From the NCBI GenBank assembly GCA_021777565.1, contig JAJYDJ010000001.1, positions 160,142 to 224,141 of the forward strand: DNA of 64,000 nucleotides, given 5' to 3'. Of the stretch, positions 49,240 through 62,570 are shown in pieces (within the stretch, counting starts at the first letter, position 1; every line of letters begins with the position of its first letter). The notes below the pieces were generated by a model. The model was not told the DNA's origin, ran no database searches, and saw only the letters and a program-made list of their open reading frames with translations. The DNA is from a bacterium. Its GTDB lineage: Bacteria > Patescibacteriota > Microgenomatia > Levybacterales > UBA12049. Made by a program: the position numbers and the translations under genes.

Positions 49240-50776
49240 ATCAACAATCACCAGTGATGCTATTATCAAAAAACTTGAAGGTCGACTCACAGACTTTGGT
49301 ACTGATGCAAAGACCACCAACGTTGGTAGAATTGAAAAATTGGGTGATGAAGTTGTTGTTGCCAGTGGTTTGTCCAAAGCAGTCATGGGCGAAGAAGTTG
49401 AGTTTCAAGACGGCACTCTGGGACTTATTCTTGAATTAAACGAAGACACCGTTTCTATCGTACTTCTTGGAAAATCTACTATTCTCAAAGAAGGGGACAG
49501 CATCAAAACAACTGGTCGAATTCTTTCTGTTATCGCTGATGATAAACTTCTTGGACGCGTTGTAAATCCACTTGGTATACCGCTTGATGGTAAGGATGAA
49601 ATTAAAAAAGGAAAGCAAATGAGACTTGAAAGAGTCGCCGCTGGTGTTGTTGATCGTCAGAAGGTAGATACGCCTTTAAAGACAGGTATTAAAGCCGTTG
49701 ATGCACTGATCCCAATTGGTCGTGGACAGCGTGAATTGATCATTGGAGATCGAGGACTTGGTAAGACCGCGGTTGCCGTTGATACCATCATCAATCAAGC
49801 AAAACTCAACAAAACACTTTCGAAAAATCAAAAACGCGTACTGTGCGTGTATGTTGCGATCGGACAAAAACAATCCACAGTCGCACGTGTCATGCAGACA
49901 CTGCAAGAAGCAGGGGCACTGGAATACACGGTTATCGTCGCTGCCAACGCATCAGACAGTGCCGCACTGCAATATCTGGCACCGTATGCCGGTGTTGCTA
50001 TCGCAGAATACTTCATGGAAAAAGGTGAAGATGTGTTGATCATTTATGATGATTTGACCAAGCACGCTTTTGCCTATCGTCAGATCTCACTGGTTCTGAA
50101 GCGTCCAGCAGGTCGTGAAGCATATCCAGGTGACATTTTCTACCTCCACAGTATACTTTTGGAGCGCGCCGTTCGCATGAATGACAGACTCGGTGGTGGA
50201 TCAATTACAGCTCTTCCAGTTATTGAAACCCAAGCTGATGACATCTCCGCATACATCCCAACCAACGTTATTTCTATTACTGACGGACAGATCTTCTTGA
50301 AGAGTGATTTATTCAATTCCGGTATCAGACCAGCATTGGATGTAGGTAACTCAGTTTCTCGTGTCGGTGGAGATGCACAAACCAAAGCGATGAAATCGGT
50401 CGCAGGAAAGATCAAATTGGAACTCGCACAGTATCGTGAGCTCGCAGTCTTTGCTCAGTTTGGTTCAGAACTGGACGAATCAACTACACGACAACTTGAA
50501 AGAGGGAAGCGTTTGACAGAAATTCTCAAACAACCACAATACAATCCACTCCCAGAAGAGCTGGAAGTTGCGAGTATTTGGGTTGTTGCCAATGGGTATA
50601 CCGATGATATCCCGGTGAATGATTTGAGAGATTTTGAAGATAAATATCATGATTATCTAAAAGCTCACGCCAAAAAACTCTTGGAAACGCTTGCCACCGG
50701 CGCTAAATTGACCGATGAAACGAATGCCGAGTTACAAAAACAAACAGAAGCATTCAAAAAAGGATTCAAGAAATAA
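49232..50776 (+). CDS. atpA: ATP synthase subunit alpha
   Basis: PIGRGQRELIIGDRGLGKT, GREAYPGDIFY. Confidence 0.98.
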   Translation: MTKSTITSDAIIKKLEGRLTDFGTDAKTTNVGRIEKLGDEVVVASGLSKAVMGEEVEFQDGTLGLILELNEDTVSIVLLGKSTILKEGDSIKTTGRILSVIADDKLLGRVVNPLGIPLDGKDEIKKGKQMRLERVAAGVVDRQKVDTPLKTGIKAVDALIPIGRGQRELIIGDRGLGKTAVAVDTIINQAKLNKTLSKNQKRVLCVYVAIGQKQSTVARVMQTLQEAGALEYTVIVAANASDSAALQYLAPYAGVAIAEYFMEKGEDVLIIYDDLTKHAFAYRQISLVLKRPAGREAYPGDIFYLHSILLERAVRMNDRLGGGSITALPVIETQADDISAYIPTNVISITDGQIFLKSDLFNSGIRPALDVGNSVSRVGGDAQTKAMKSVAGKIKLELAQYRELAVFAQFGSELDESTTRQLERGKRLTEILKQPQYNPLPEELEVASIWVVANGYTDDIPVNDLRDFEDKYHDYLKAHAKKLLETLATGAKLTDETNAELQKQTEAFKKGFKK

Positions 50777-50784
50777 TATAGACG

Positions 50785-53062
<2,278 letters not shown>

Positions 53063-53065
53063 TCC

Positions 53066-53473
53066 ATGACGCTGCACCTGACGATTACTACTCCTGATAG
53101 TGTCCTTATCGATGATGAGGTACAAGAAATTACTATTCCAACCACCAGTGGTGAAGTGACGATCCTTCCAGGTCATGCAGAATTGGTATCAGAGTTAAGC
53201 GATGGGGAAGTGACGGTGACCAGAAATGGCAAGCAAGATCATATTGCTTTGATTGGTGGATTTTTGCAGGTAAATCCAAAGGAAGTAACAATTCTTGCCA
53301 ACTATGCATCACATGGCAAAGATTTGACGCTGATTGAGATCGAGGAAGCCAAAAAGCGAGCTGAGAAGGCGATGCAAGAGCATGCGTCAAAAGAAGATTT
53401 TGCAATAGCTGAAGCAGCATTCAAGAAAGCAATTCTTGAATTGAAAGTCGCCAGAAAACAAAAAGCTTCATAA
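53066..53473 (+). CDS. atpC: ATP synthase subunit epsilon
   Basis: GEVTILPGH, GGFLQV. Confidence 0.93.
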   Translation: MTLHLTITTPDSVLIDDEVQEITIPTTSGEVTILPGHAELVSELSDGEVTVTRNGKQDHIALIGGFLQVNPKEVTILANYASHGKDLTLIEIEEAKKRAEKAMQEHASKEDFAIAEAAFKKAILELKVARKQKAS

Positions 53474-53980
53474 TTCTTCTAGTGGTTCTATAGATATACG
53501 GTGTAACTTTTTCCCAACATACGTAAGTCGATAGTGATGTTGTCCTTTATTGGTAAGTGCATGTTTGAGAAAGTGAGGGACATTACTGACGACATCGGTA
53601 CGAGAGGTATCGGTAGCGATATGGGTTGGTTGCCACATGAGCCGACCTTCTCTTGTTTCTCTTTCTTGAAATCGATGCGTATCGGGTAAGGGAGTAGTGA
53701 GGTAAAGGTACATGCCACCTCTGACATGTTCCTCACCGAATTGTTGCTTGTTCCATGTGACAATTCCTTTTGATAAAACTTGGTCAGGAGCAAGTGATAT
53801 GCCAGTTTCTTCGTATACTTCTCGGATTACGGAATAAATGGGGGATTCACCCTCTTGTAATTTCCCTCCAACACCATTCCAGAGTCCTTGGTTAGGATGA
53901 TTACTGCGTAATAGCATCAAAACATGATCTTCAGATAGACAAAAACACACATTATAAGGAATTTGCAGTATCTCTTTCAT
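53468..53980 (-). CDS. NUDIX hydrolase (MutT/8-oxo-dGTPase-like)
   Basis: WNGVGGKLQEGESP...REVYEETG. Confidence 0.9.
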   Translation of the reverse strand: MKEILQIPYNVCFCLSEDHVLMLLRSNHPNQGLWNGVGGKLQEGESPIYSVIREVYEETGISLAPDQVLSKGIVTWNKQQFGEEHVRGGMYLYLTTPLPDTHRFQERETREGRLMWQPTHIATDTSRTDVVSNVPHFLKHALTNKGQHHYRLTYVGKKLHRISIEPLEEL

Positions 53981-54011
53981 GGCCTTAGTATAATGTGATT
54001 AACGTAGGGAA

Positions 54012-54959
54012 TCAATGTAAGATTTCTTCAACCAATTTAATTGCTGCGTCACTACTTTGGGTCAGCATGAATTGTTCACGAAGTTTGCTTGCGCCATCAA
54101 ATCCGTTGAGATAAATTTTGAAGTACTTTTTCAGTACTTGAAATGGTTTTTGTCCTTGCCAAGTTTTGTCAAAAAGTTCTACATGCTCTTTCAGTAGTGT
54201 TAGACGATCAGAGAGAGATTTATCTTTTTCTTCTGAGTACAGCCAAGGGTCATGAAAAATTCCACGACCGATCATGATGCCATCACATCCGTAGGTTGCT
54301 ACTTTTTCCCTGATTTCACTCAGTGACATCACGTCCCCATTGCCAATAATTTTTGTTGTTGGGGAGATTTTATTCCTCATCTCAACAATTTTTGTCATCT
54401 CATCCCAATGAGCGGGGACAGCTGATTGTTCGGCAATGGTTCTCAAATGCATGGTAAGCGCAGGGAGATGTTGCTCGAGCAAAAACCTTATCCAACTTTC
54501 TGTCTGTATCGTTTTGTTCCCAAGACGTGTCTTAATGGTTACAGGTAAATCTCCTGCGCCTTCACGAGTGGCCTGCAATATCTCTTTCACATGATCAGTG
54601 CGTCCGATGCAGCCTCCACCAGCCCCTTGCTTGACCACATCTTTGACTGGACAACCCATATTGATATCGATGCCGTTAAATCCCATCTGGACTATCTTCT
54701 CAGCAGCTTGACGAAACTTCTCAGGATCATTACCCCAAATTTGGGCTATCAAAGGCTTCTCTTCGGGAATAAATTTGAGTCGCTGCGCTACTTTTTCACT
54801 CCCAAGCGGGGAGAGGAGGCCATCAATGTTGGTAAACTCCGTAAAAAAGAGTTGTGGTCTACCTGTTCTTAATATAATTTGTCGAAAGACAGTATCAGTA
54901 ACATCCTCCATAGGAGCGAGAACGGTGATGGGTGATGAGAGAGTGTTCCAGATATTCAT
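54012..54959 (-). CDS. tRNA-dihydrouridine synthase family
   Basis: LAPMEDVTD, DINMGCP, GNGDV, GIMIGRG. Confidence 0.95.
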   Translation of the reverse strand: MNIWNTLSSPITVLAPMEDVTDTVFRQIILRTGRPQLFFTEFTNIDGLLSPLGSEKVAQRLKFIPEEKPLIAQIWGNDPEKFRQAAEKIVQMGFNGIDINMGCPVKDVVKQGAGGGCIGRTDHVKEILQATREGAGDLPVTIKTRLGNKTIQTESWIRFLLEQHLPALTMHLRTIAEQSAVPAHWDEMTKIVEMRNKISPTTKIIGNGDVMSLSEIREKVATYGCDGIMIGRGIFHDPWLYSEEKDKSLSDRLTLLKEHVELFDKTWQGQKPFQVLKKYFKIYLNGFDGASKLREQFMLTQSSDAAIKLVEEILH

Positions 54960-54983
54960 GAAGTGAGTATAGCAAAATTATGT

Positions 54984-55925
54984 TTAATACTGGGTGGCTG
55001 GTCTATATACGGGAACATTTGGCTTGTTCTCCTGCATCTCTTCCACCTTGTGTTGTCCAACTCGAGCTGCTCTATGAGCAAACCCACTAATAACCCCAAA
55101 TCCACCTGCCCCAATTGCAAGGACAAGTGCCCACCCATTTGTCCCGACAGTTGCAACCACAAGTCCGAGCGTTTTAAGAACACCTGCGCTGATAGCAAGG
55201 CCACCTCCTAATATACCTGCACGGGTACGAACACCACGATTATCTTGTACATCTTGTTGACTTTGTTGCAGCTCACGTTGGTAGACTGTCATAGTTTGCT
55301 CACCGGCACTGAGCGCATCTAATGCCTTATCGCTTGCCATGATAAGGAGAGCATATTGTATGACCGCCAAGGTCGCTCGTGCGACATCGGTACGGCCTTC
55401 GGTAATTATCGCCGCAATTTCTCGCTGCCAAAGCTCTCGTTCTATTCTGAGTACTTCTGCACCAACAGGATCATTTGTTTGTTCACCTGTCTGTCCTGCA
55501 TGGAGTGCACTTCTTTGATATTCAATGCCTTGCGTAAGCAGACGATCACTCCCATAAGCATCTACTGCATCACTTGCAACACGTCTCACTTGGCCTAGGA
55601 GAGTCATATCTTCTTCGTCAGTTCGAGAAAATCTATCGGCGAGTGTTGCTCGGCGTTCGCGACGTGCATCTAACTCGTCATCAATTGCTTGCACATACTC
55701 ACTATTTGGACGCCAAAAATTTAGGCCCCTTTCTACCTGCAAGTCTCTATCAGAACGATCACCGAATCGTGTTTGTTCTGCTGGGATGGCTGGAACATGC
55801 GTGTGAATAACTTGCAATGCTCGTGGAGTAGTTACTTCAGCTTGGTCTGGTTCATGAGGTGTAGTAACTGCCTGCAGTGCACCAAGTGCAGCCACAAAAT
55901 CGCCTTCAGTCATGAGGTGTGCCAT
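54984..55925 (-). CDS. Hypothetical helical protein with Gly-rich hydrophobic hairpin near the C-terminus
   Basis: Start MAHLMTEG after TGTATAAT; GGGLAISAGVL...AIGAGGFGVISG. Confidence 0.65.
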   Translation of the reverse strand: MAHLMTEGDFVAALGALQAVTTPHEPDQAEVTTPRALQVIHTHVPAIPAEQTRFGDRSDRDLQVERGLNFWRPNSEYVQAIDDELDARRERRATLADRFSRTDEEDMTLLGQVRRVASDAVDAYGSDRLLTQGIEYQRSALHAGQTGEQTNDPVGAEVLRIERELWQREIAAIITEGRTDVARATLAVIQYALLIMASDKALDALSAGEQTMTVYQRELQQSQQDVQDNRGVRTRAGILGGGLAISAGVLKTLGLVVATVGTNGWALVLAIGAGGFGVISGFAHRAARVGQHKVEEMQENKPNVPVYRPATQY

Positions 55926-56025
55926 ATCGACCTGTATTATACATCTGCTGTCAAAGTGTTGCCACATTCAAGACAACAAATTTCTGACTCTCGCCTGAAA
56001 ATTTATTTGGCAGTAGAATAAAACT

Positions 56026-57702
56026 ATGTATCAGTTACTGCGGAATACGTATGTGTGGTTATTTCTGATTTTTCTTCTCGGGGCGACAGTACGTTTTATT
56101 CATATCGATCAAATCCCGGTTTCTTTGTACTGGGACGAGACAGCAATAGGATATAACGCCTATTCCATTCTGCATACCGGTAAGGATGAGTATGGAGCAG
56201 TGATGCCTGTGTTGTTCCGCTCATTCAATGACTATAAATTAGGAGGGTATATCTACCTTACTGTTATCCCTGTTCTGCTCTTTGGTTTGAGTGAAGTTGC
56301 GGTTCGATTCTGGTCGGCATTCTTTGGCAGTATCAGTGTTTTCTTAATGTATCTATTTGCTTTGCAGGTGTTGTCCTTTACCAAAGTACCAGAAAAGAGT
56401 CATCGCTTTGTTGCGCTCATTGCTTCTTTACTTCTTGCCATCTCACCCTGGCTCATAAATTTCTCACGTGTTGGATTTGAGGCGAATGTAGGGGCATGTG
56501 TGATCGTCGGCAGTATCAGTATATTTTTGTACTATCTGCGATCTCAAAAAATACGATGGTATCTTGTAAGCACATTACTTTGTGTGGCAAGCATCTATTT
56601 TTATCGAAGTGAGTGGGTGTTTGTTCCAATGATTTTTCTTTTTGCGCATCTGCTTTTCTGGCGTGAAATCCATAAAAAGATAGTGTTACTCTATGCATTT
56701 GTGATATTTCTTGTGTTATCGTTGCCACTTGTGATAGCTGTGAGGAGTGAGTCACTTTCTGATCGCTCACTGCAGGTAACTTTTTTACAACAAGATGTGG
56801 ACAAGCTCAATTATGACCTTGCTCAAAATAGACTGAAGTTTAAAATGGTAGGAGGAGACATTATTTTTAATAGACGGTTATTGCGCGTATATCAGCTGGG
56901 ACAAAACTATGTGAGCAATCTCTCCCCACAGTATTTGTTTATCAGTGGTGATCCTGAGATACGACATGGCGCAAGGGGACTAGGGGTCTTGTATTGGATT
57001 GATGAGCCACTGCTTTTGGCGGGTCTGTGGTTTCTCCTCACACAGAGGTCAAAGGGTTGCTGGCTTTTACTGGGGTGGGTACTCCTGGCCATTATACCAG
57101 CGGCTATTGCGCTGCCAAATCCTCATGCTCTTCGTAGTTTGCCTGCCGCATGGGGATATCTCATGAGTATTGCTCTTGGTATCTGGTGGGTGAGTGAGAG
57201 GTTCACCAAGCGCACATGGATTGTTCTTGGTTTGATCGGGATTGGATATCTGGGGTGTTTTCTTTTCTTTCTGTATCAGTATTTTGTCGTCACCCCACCA
57301 CTGGCAGCATACAATTTTGGTGACGGGTATAAACAATTGCACGCCTATCTTCAGTCTCAAAAAGGATATGACAAATTCATCATCTCTGGTGAGTACTGGA
57401 AACCCTATATCTACTTTCTTTTTTACGATCGCTATGATCCGTCGCTGTATCAAAAAACAGGCAGTGAATCAGGATATGGCAAGTATCTATTTGGCCCAAC
57501 AGGGTGGGATCAGGTAGATGCGAAGATGGCGGGATTGAGTAATGTGAATCTTTCAAGCTATGCGGGGACAAATAAGGTACTGGTGGCACTTTCCCCAAAA
57601 GAATATCACTTCCAGAGAGAAAAGTATGGAGTCTCTGATGCGATTCATGTGATTTACAACCACGCGGGATATCCCATGTTTTATATTGCCAGGCCTTGGT
57701 AA
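56026..57702 (+). CDS. ArnT/PMT-family (GT-C) glycosyltransferase
   Basis: [43 protein letters not shown]. Confidence 0.88.
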   Translation: MYQLLRNTYVWLFLIFLLGATVRFIHIDQIPVSLYWDETAIGYNAYSILHTGKDEYGAVMPVLFRSFNDYKLGGYIYLTVIPVLLFGLSEVAVRFWSAFFGSISVFLMYLFALQVLSFTKVPEKSHRFVALIASLLLAISPWLINFSRVGFEANVGACVIVGSISIFLYYLRSQKIRWYLVSTLLCVASIYFYRSEWVFVPMIFLFAHLLFWREIHKKIVLLYAFVIFLVLSLPLVIAVRSESLSDRSLQVTFLQQDVDKLNYDLAQNRLKFKMVGGDIIFNRRLLRVYQLGQNYVSNLSPQYLFISGDPEIRHGARGLGVLYWIDEPLLLAGLWFLLTQRSKGCWLLLGWVLLAIIPAAIALPNPHALRSLPAAWGYLMSIALGIWWVSERFTKRTWIVLGLIGIGYLGCFLFFLYQYFVVTPPLAAYNFGDGYKQLHAYLQSQKGYDKFIISGEYWKPYIYFLFYDRYDPSLYQKTGSESGYGKYLFGPTGWDQVDAKMAGLSNVNLSSYAGTNKVLVALSPKEYHFQREKYGVSDAIHVIYNHAGYPMFYIARPW

Positions 57703-57776
57703 AAGACTTCCCTCTGTATGGTATAATGGGAACACGCAGACTATGCGTTCCTCCGAAAGGGGCTTTTGTCGTGTCT

Positions 57777-60716
57777 ATGAATGAAAAAATCATCATTAAA
57801 GGAGCCAGAGAGCACAATCTTAAAAATATCGATCTGGAAATCCCTAAAAATAAGCTGGTTGTTTTTACCGGTCTCTCCGGTAGTGGTAAATCCAGTCTCG
57901 CTTTTGACACTATCTACGCTGAGGGACAACGTCGATATGTTGAGAGTTTGTCATCCTATGCAAGACAGTTTTTGGGGGTAATGAAAAAGCCTGATGTTGA
58001 TTTGATAGAAGGACTTTCTCCGGCAATCTCCATTGACCAAAAAGGAACGTCACATAACCCTCGATCTACTGTCGGTACGGTTACTGAAATTTATGATTAT
58101 CTGCGTCTTTTGTTCGCTCGTGTCGGCCATCCTCATTGTCCTGTGTGTGGACGGGAGATCTCTCATTTAAGTAAAGAACAAATTGTCGATGCCATTTTAA
58201 AAATGCCTGAAGACCCTGATAGAATTTTGCGCGAGATGGGAAATGCAGAAGAGTCAGATCTCATGGTCCCTAAAAAAGAGCTACGTGTATTGATCCTGGC
58301 AACACTGGTCAAAGACAGAAAAGGGGAGTACTCAGAATTATTTAAAGACCTCAAAAAACGCGGATATTCTAAAGTACGTATTGATGGAAGCGTGTACATG
58401 ATCGATGATGTTCCTGTTTTGATTAAAACGAACAAGCATACTATCGATGCAGTCATTGATAGTATGGTACTCTCCAAAGATACTGACAGGCTGCGTCTGA
58501 TGAGTAGTGTGGAGCAAGCATTAAAACTTGGTAATGGAGAACTTCGCGTTGGGGTCATTCGCGATAAAGGATTTAGTATGCCACCACTTCCTAAAGAGAT
58601 TGAGGATGAGCTGTTTAGTGAAAAATTTGCTTGTCCAGTTGATAATGTTTCAATCCCAGAAATTGAGCCACGTATGTTTTCATTTAACACACCACATGGT
58701 GCATGTCCAACGTGTAGTGGACTTGGTGTTTTGTTATCAGTCGATCCGGCACTAGTTTTAAATAAAAATCTTTCTATCAATGAAGGTGGCATTATGCCAT
58801 TTTCAACTGCTTTGAAATTTGATAGTTGGTTTAGTCGAACCCTTAAAACCTTCTGTGATGAAAATAGTATCTCAATGAATGCCTACATCGGTGAAATTCC
58901 TGAGGATAAATTACAACTGTTGCTTTTTGGGACAGGAGAGAAACAGTACGAAGTGATTGGAGAAAACCGCTGGGGGAGAACGACCGCCATTCATGAAACT
59001 TTTCATGGAGTTTTGGAAGAAGTGAAACGACGATATGAATCAACCGAGTCAATGTTTATGAAAACACAGATTGAAAAGTTCATGCGCTATGAAACTTGTC
59101 CCACCTGTGATGGCAGTCGACTCAAAAAAGAAGCATTGTCTATCACTATTGATCACATATCTATTCGAGATGTCTCAGATATGTCCATTGAAAAAGCACT
59201 CGCGTTTATTGATACATTACCAGGCAAACTCTCAGATCGAGAAGGACAAATTGGACGATTGGTGCTTAAAGAAATTCGTGAACGTCTGCACTTTTTAGTT
59301 AACGTCGGCCTTGATTATCTTGCTCTGGCACGAAATGCCAACACACTTGCTGGGGGAGAAGCACAACGTATCCGTCTGGCATCCCAAATCGGAAGCGGAC
59401 TGACTGGTGTGTTATATGTGCTTGATGAACCATCTATCGGTCTGCATCCAAAAGATAACACCAAGCTTATTGAGACCCTCAAAAGACTTCGCGATCTTGG
59501 CAATACCGTTTTGGTAGTCGAGCATGATCAGGAGACTATGGAAGAGGCAGATTATATTTATGACTTTGGTCCTGCAGCAGGAGTCCATGGTGGGTCGGTC
59601 GTTGCCTCTGGTACGCCATCTGAGCTGATGCAAAATCCTTCTTCAGTCACTGGACCATATCTTTCTGGAAAGAAAAAAATTCATATTGCCAAGACGCAGC
59701 CAATTTTGCAGGAAGAGGAGCGAGCACTCACCATTCATGGGGCCAAAGAACATAACTTGAAAAATATCACGGTATCATTCCCACTCAATAAATTAACCGT
59801 TGTTACCGGTGCCTCGGGCAGTGGGAAATCAACTCTGGTTACAGATATTTTAGATAGAGCGCTGCATGCCAAGATGGGCGAGGGAAGTGACAGGGAAAAA
59901 CCAGGGAATTTTGAAGGCATGACAGGAGATGAATTTATCAAACATGTCTTTACTATCGATCAGTCACCAATTGGAAGGACACCACGCAGTAATCCTGCTA
60001 CCTACACGGGTATTTTTACTTATATCCGTGATATCTTTGCCAATACCCGTGAGTCCAAAGTTCGTGGTTACGGACAAGGAAGATTTTCATTCAACGTCAA
60101 AGGTGGGCGTTGTGAAGCATGCCAGGGAGAAGGACAAATTAAAATTGAAATGCAATTTTTGCCAGATGTTTATGTGCCCTGTGAGGTGTGTGGTGGGACG
60201 CAGTATTCACGAGACGTACTTGAGATTGCTTTTAATAGCAAAAACATTGCTGAAGTATTGCAAATGACTGTTGCTGAGGCATTACAATTTTTCTCATTCC
60301 ATCCAGCACTTTCACATAAATTGCAGACCCTCAACGATGTTGGGCTTTCTTATATCAAACTTGGGCAACCAGCCCCTACACTTTCTGGTGGAGAGGCACA
60401 GCGTGTCAAACTTGCCACAGAGCTTTCCAAACGAGGTCGTGATGCGCTCTATATTCTTGACGAGCCTACCACCGGACTTCATTTTGCTGATCTTGAGAAA
60501 CTGTTACAAGTACTTCGTAAATTGGTAGATGCAGGCAATACCGTGGTCGTGATTGAGCATAACCTAGATGTTATTAAAAATGCGGATCATATTATTGATC
60601 TTGGTCCTGAAGGTGGCGACAAAGGTGGAGAGATTGTGGTAGAAGGCACGCCAGAACAGGTAGCCAAACATCCGACCAGTTATACAGGGAAATTCTTGAA
60701 AAAAACGCTCGCCTAA
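57777..60716 (+). CDS. uvrA: Excinuclease ABC subunit A
   Basis: [18 protein letters not shown], two ABC modules, LSGGEAQR. Confidence 0.98.
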   Translation: MNEKIIIKGAREHNLKNIDLEIPKNKLVVFTGLSGSGKSSLAFDTIYAEGQRRYVESLSSYARQFLGVMKKPDVDLIEGLSPAISIDQKGTSHNPRSTVGTVTEIYDYLRLLFARVGHPHCPVCGREISHLSKEQIVDAILKMPEDPDRILREMGNAEESDLMVPKKELRVLILATLVKDRKGEYSELFKDLKKRGYSKVRIDGSVYMIDDVPVLIKTNKHTIDAVIDSMVLSKDTDRLRLMSSVEQALKLGNGELRVGVIRDKGFSMPPLPKEIEDELFSEKFACPVDNVSIPEIEPRMFSFNTPHGACPTCSGLGVLLSVDPALVLNKNLSINEGGIMPFSTALKFDSWFSRTLKTFCDENSISMNAYIGEIPEDKLQLLLFGTGEKQYEVIGENRWGRTTAIHETFHGVLEEVKRRYESTESMFMKTQIEKFMRYETCPTCDGSRLKKEALSITIDHISIRDVSDMSIEKALAFIDTLPGKLSDREGQIGRLVLKEIRERLHFLVNVGLDYLALARNANTLAGGEAQRIRLASQIGSGLTGVLYVLDEPSIGLHPKDNTKLIETLKRLRDLGNTVLVVEHDQETMEEADYIYDFGPAAGVHGGSVVASGTPSELMQNPSSVTGPYLSGKKKIHIAKTQPILQEEERALTIHGAKEHNLKNITVSFPLNKLTVVTGASGSGKSTLVTDILDRALHAKMGEGSDREKPGNFEGMTGDEFIKHVFTIDQSPIGRTPRSNPATYTGIFTYIRDIFANTRESKVRGYGQGRFSFNVKGGRCEACQGEGQIKIEMQFLPDVYVPCEVCGGTQYSRDVLEIAFNSKNIAEVLQMTVAEALQFFSFHPALSHKLQTLNDVGLSYIKLGQPAPTLSGGEAQRVKLATELSKRGRDALYILDEPTTGLHFADLEKLLQVLRKLVDAGNTVVVIEHNLDVIKNADHIIDLGPEGGDKGGEIVVEGTPEQVAKHPTSYTGKFLKKTLA

Positions 60717-60764
60717 TGGTTCTTCTGGTTGTCACTCACTGGTGAATTCTTATATACTGACAGC

Positions 60765-62570
60765 ATGAGAAAAATCCTCTCGATTTTGGGGTTTCTGGTC
60801 TTTTCTCTTCTTTGTGTTCCACTCGTTCATGCCGATAACAACTTTGATACAGCATTTGATGTGACTTACACCGCAAATACACAAGGGAATACTCATGTTG
60901 TTTTTCAGGGGACCCTCACCAATACGACAGATAAATATTATGCGTCGTCCTACAGTATTACTACTGGTTTTACGGATGCACAGAATATCACTGCGCGCGA
61001 TGACGATGGCAGTATCACCCCAGATGTCACCACCCCAGATGGTAAAACACGCATATCACTCAATTTTAAGCATAAAGCCTTGGGACTTAATAGTGCAGTT
61101 CATTTTACCATTAGCTTTGACACTGCAAGTGTGACAACACGAGTGGGGAACGTGTGGGAAGTCGCAGTGCCTGGGATCGCCGACCAGGGCACATTTAGTG
61201 CATTTACCGTGCATGTTAATGTCCCAAGCAGTTTTGGCACATTAGCACTGAGTAAACCTATCGCGAGTGGTGGTCTTACTTTTACCAAAGATCAACTTGG
61301 GGATGGAGGAGTCTTTCTCGTTTTTGGAGATGCACAGCAGTTTAATTTCACCCTGAACTATCACATTAAGAATGATAATGTCTTCCCGGTGAAAACAGAT
61401 ATCGCCCTTCCACCCGACACGTCTTATCAAAAAGTCTCTTTGGACTCACTCGATCCAAAACCAGAAAATGTTTTTAAAGATGCAGATGGCAACTATATGG
61501 CGCGGTATTTTCTCCTCCCAGGGCAACGCACAACTGTTGTTGCAAAAGGAAGCGTGTTGTTGCAGCTCTCACCGCGTAAGGAAACCCTAACAGCAGATGC
61601 CAAACAGCAATATCTTGCATCACAAAAATACTGGGAAGTAGGGGATCCCCACATTCAAGATTTGGCACATCAGCTCAAAACGCCTGAAGCAATCTATAAT
61701 TACGTCGTTACTCATCTGACCTATGATTTTTCTCGTGTTACTACCAGCCAACAACGTCTTGGTGCTTCCTACATTTTAGATCACCCAAGCAATGCGGTTT
61801 GTCTTGAATTTACCGATCTTTTCGTAACGCTTGCGCGCGCAGCTGGCATACCTGCTCGTGAAGTGGACGGGTTTGCCTATACCCAGAACAGTCGAGAGCG
61901 TCCATTGTCTCTGGTGCAAGATATTTTGCACGCATGGCCTGAGTATTATGACGAAAGTAAAGGTGCATGGGTGATGGTAGATCCGACATGGGGAAATACG
62001 ACCCATGGCATTGATTACTTCAATACGTTTGATTTTGATCATGTCGCGTTTGTGGTAAAAGGCTTGGATTCTCAGTATCCTGTCCCTGCCGGGGGATACA
62101 AATTTGATGACAATTCAAAAGATGTCGACGTTGTTCCTTCGGTTATCACCACAGAGCAGCCAGCACAAGCGACGTTTGACCTAGCAGGGTCACAACAACT
62201 GCTCCCATGGCTTCCCATTCATGCTACACTCACTATTACGAACCTCGGGCCTGGCTTTATCTCTGGGAGAGATGTTCATTTCACGAGCTCACTGTCTAAA
62301 ATTTCACCTGATACCATCTCACTTCCTGATATCCCACCATTTGGCAAACAGACAATGGCGGTAGAAATCTCTCATCAGCCTATTTTGACAAAGCAAACCA
62401 TACCCATTACAATCCAGTTTGGGAGTATCTCGGTGGATAAGCAGCTTACTATCTATCCTATTGATCCATCCCAAATGCCAATTGTGTATGCAGGAGTCTC
62501 ACTTTTCATTGCCATCATCATCATATGGATCATTGCCGCAAAAGCCAGGCGTGTACGTGTATCACGATAA
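60765..62570 (+). CDS. Exported transglutaminase-like domain protein with C-terminal TM
   Basis: AVCLEFTDLFVTLARAAGIPAR, HAWPEYY, VDPTW (Cys-His-Asp triad). Confidence 0.88.
   Translation: MRKILSILGFLVFSLLCVPLVHADNNFDTAFDVTYTANTQGNTHVVFQGTLTNTTDKYYASSYSITTGFTDAQNITARDDDGSITPDVTTPDGKTRISLNFKHKALGLNSAVHFTISFDTASVTTRVGNVWEVAVPGIADQGTFSAFTVHVNVPSSFGTLALSKPIASGGLTFTKDQLGDGGVFLVFGDAQQFNFTLNYHIKNDNVFPVKTDIALPPDTSYQKVSLDSLDPKPENVFKDADGNYMARYFLLPGQRTTVVAKGSVLLQLSPRKETLTADAKQQYLASQKYWEVGDPHIQDLAHQLKTPEAIYNYVVTHLTYDFSRVTTSQQRLGASYILDHPSNAVCLEFTDLFVTLARAAGIPAREVDGFAYTQNSRERPLSLVQDILHAWPEYYDESKGAWVMVDPTWGNTTHGIDYFNTFDFDHVAFVVKGLDSQYPVPAGGYKFDDNSKDVDVVPSVITTEQPAQATFDLAGSQQLLPWLPIHATLTITNLGPGFISGRDVHFTSSLSKISPDTISLPDIPPFGKQTMAVEISHQPILTKQTIPITIQFGSISVDKQLTIYPIDPSQMPIVYAGVSLFIAIIIIWIIAAKARRVRVSR

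Noticed and set aside
54963-55211. Cys-rich 82-aa ORF resembling a RiPP or metallothionein
   Set aside because: Antisense shadow of the Gly/Ala/Val-rich end of the 54984-55925 gene; no modifying enzymes nearby.
57731-57751. GAAC...GTTC as a LexA box before uvrA
   Set aside because: Spacer is 13 nt rather than the 4 nt of the Firmicutes/Actinobacteria SOS box.
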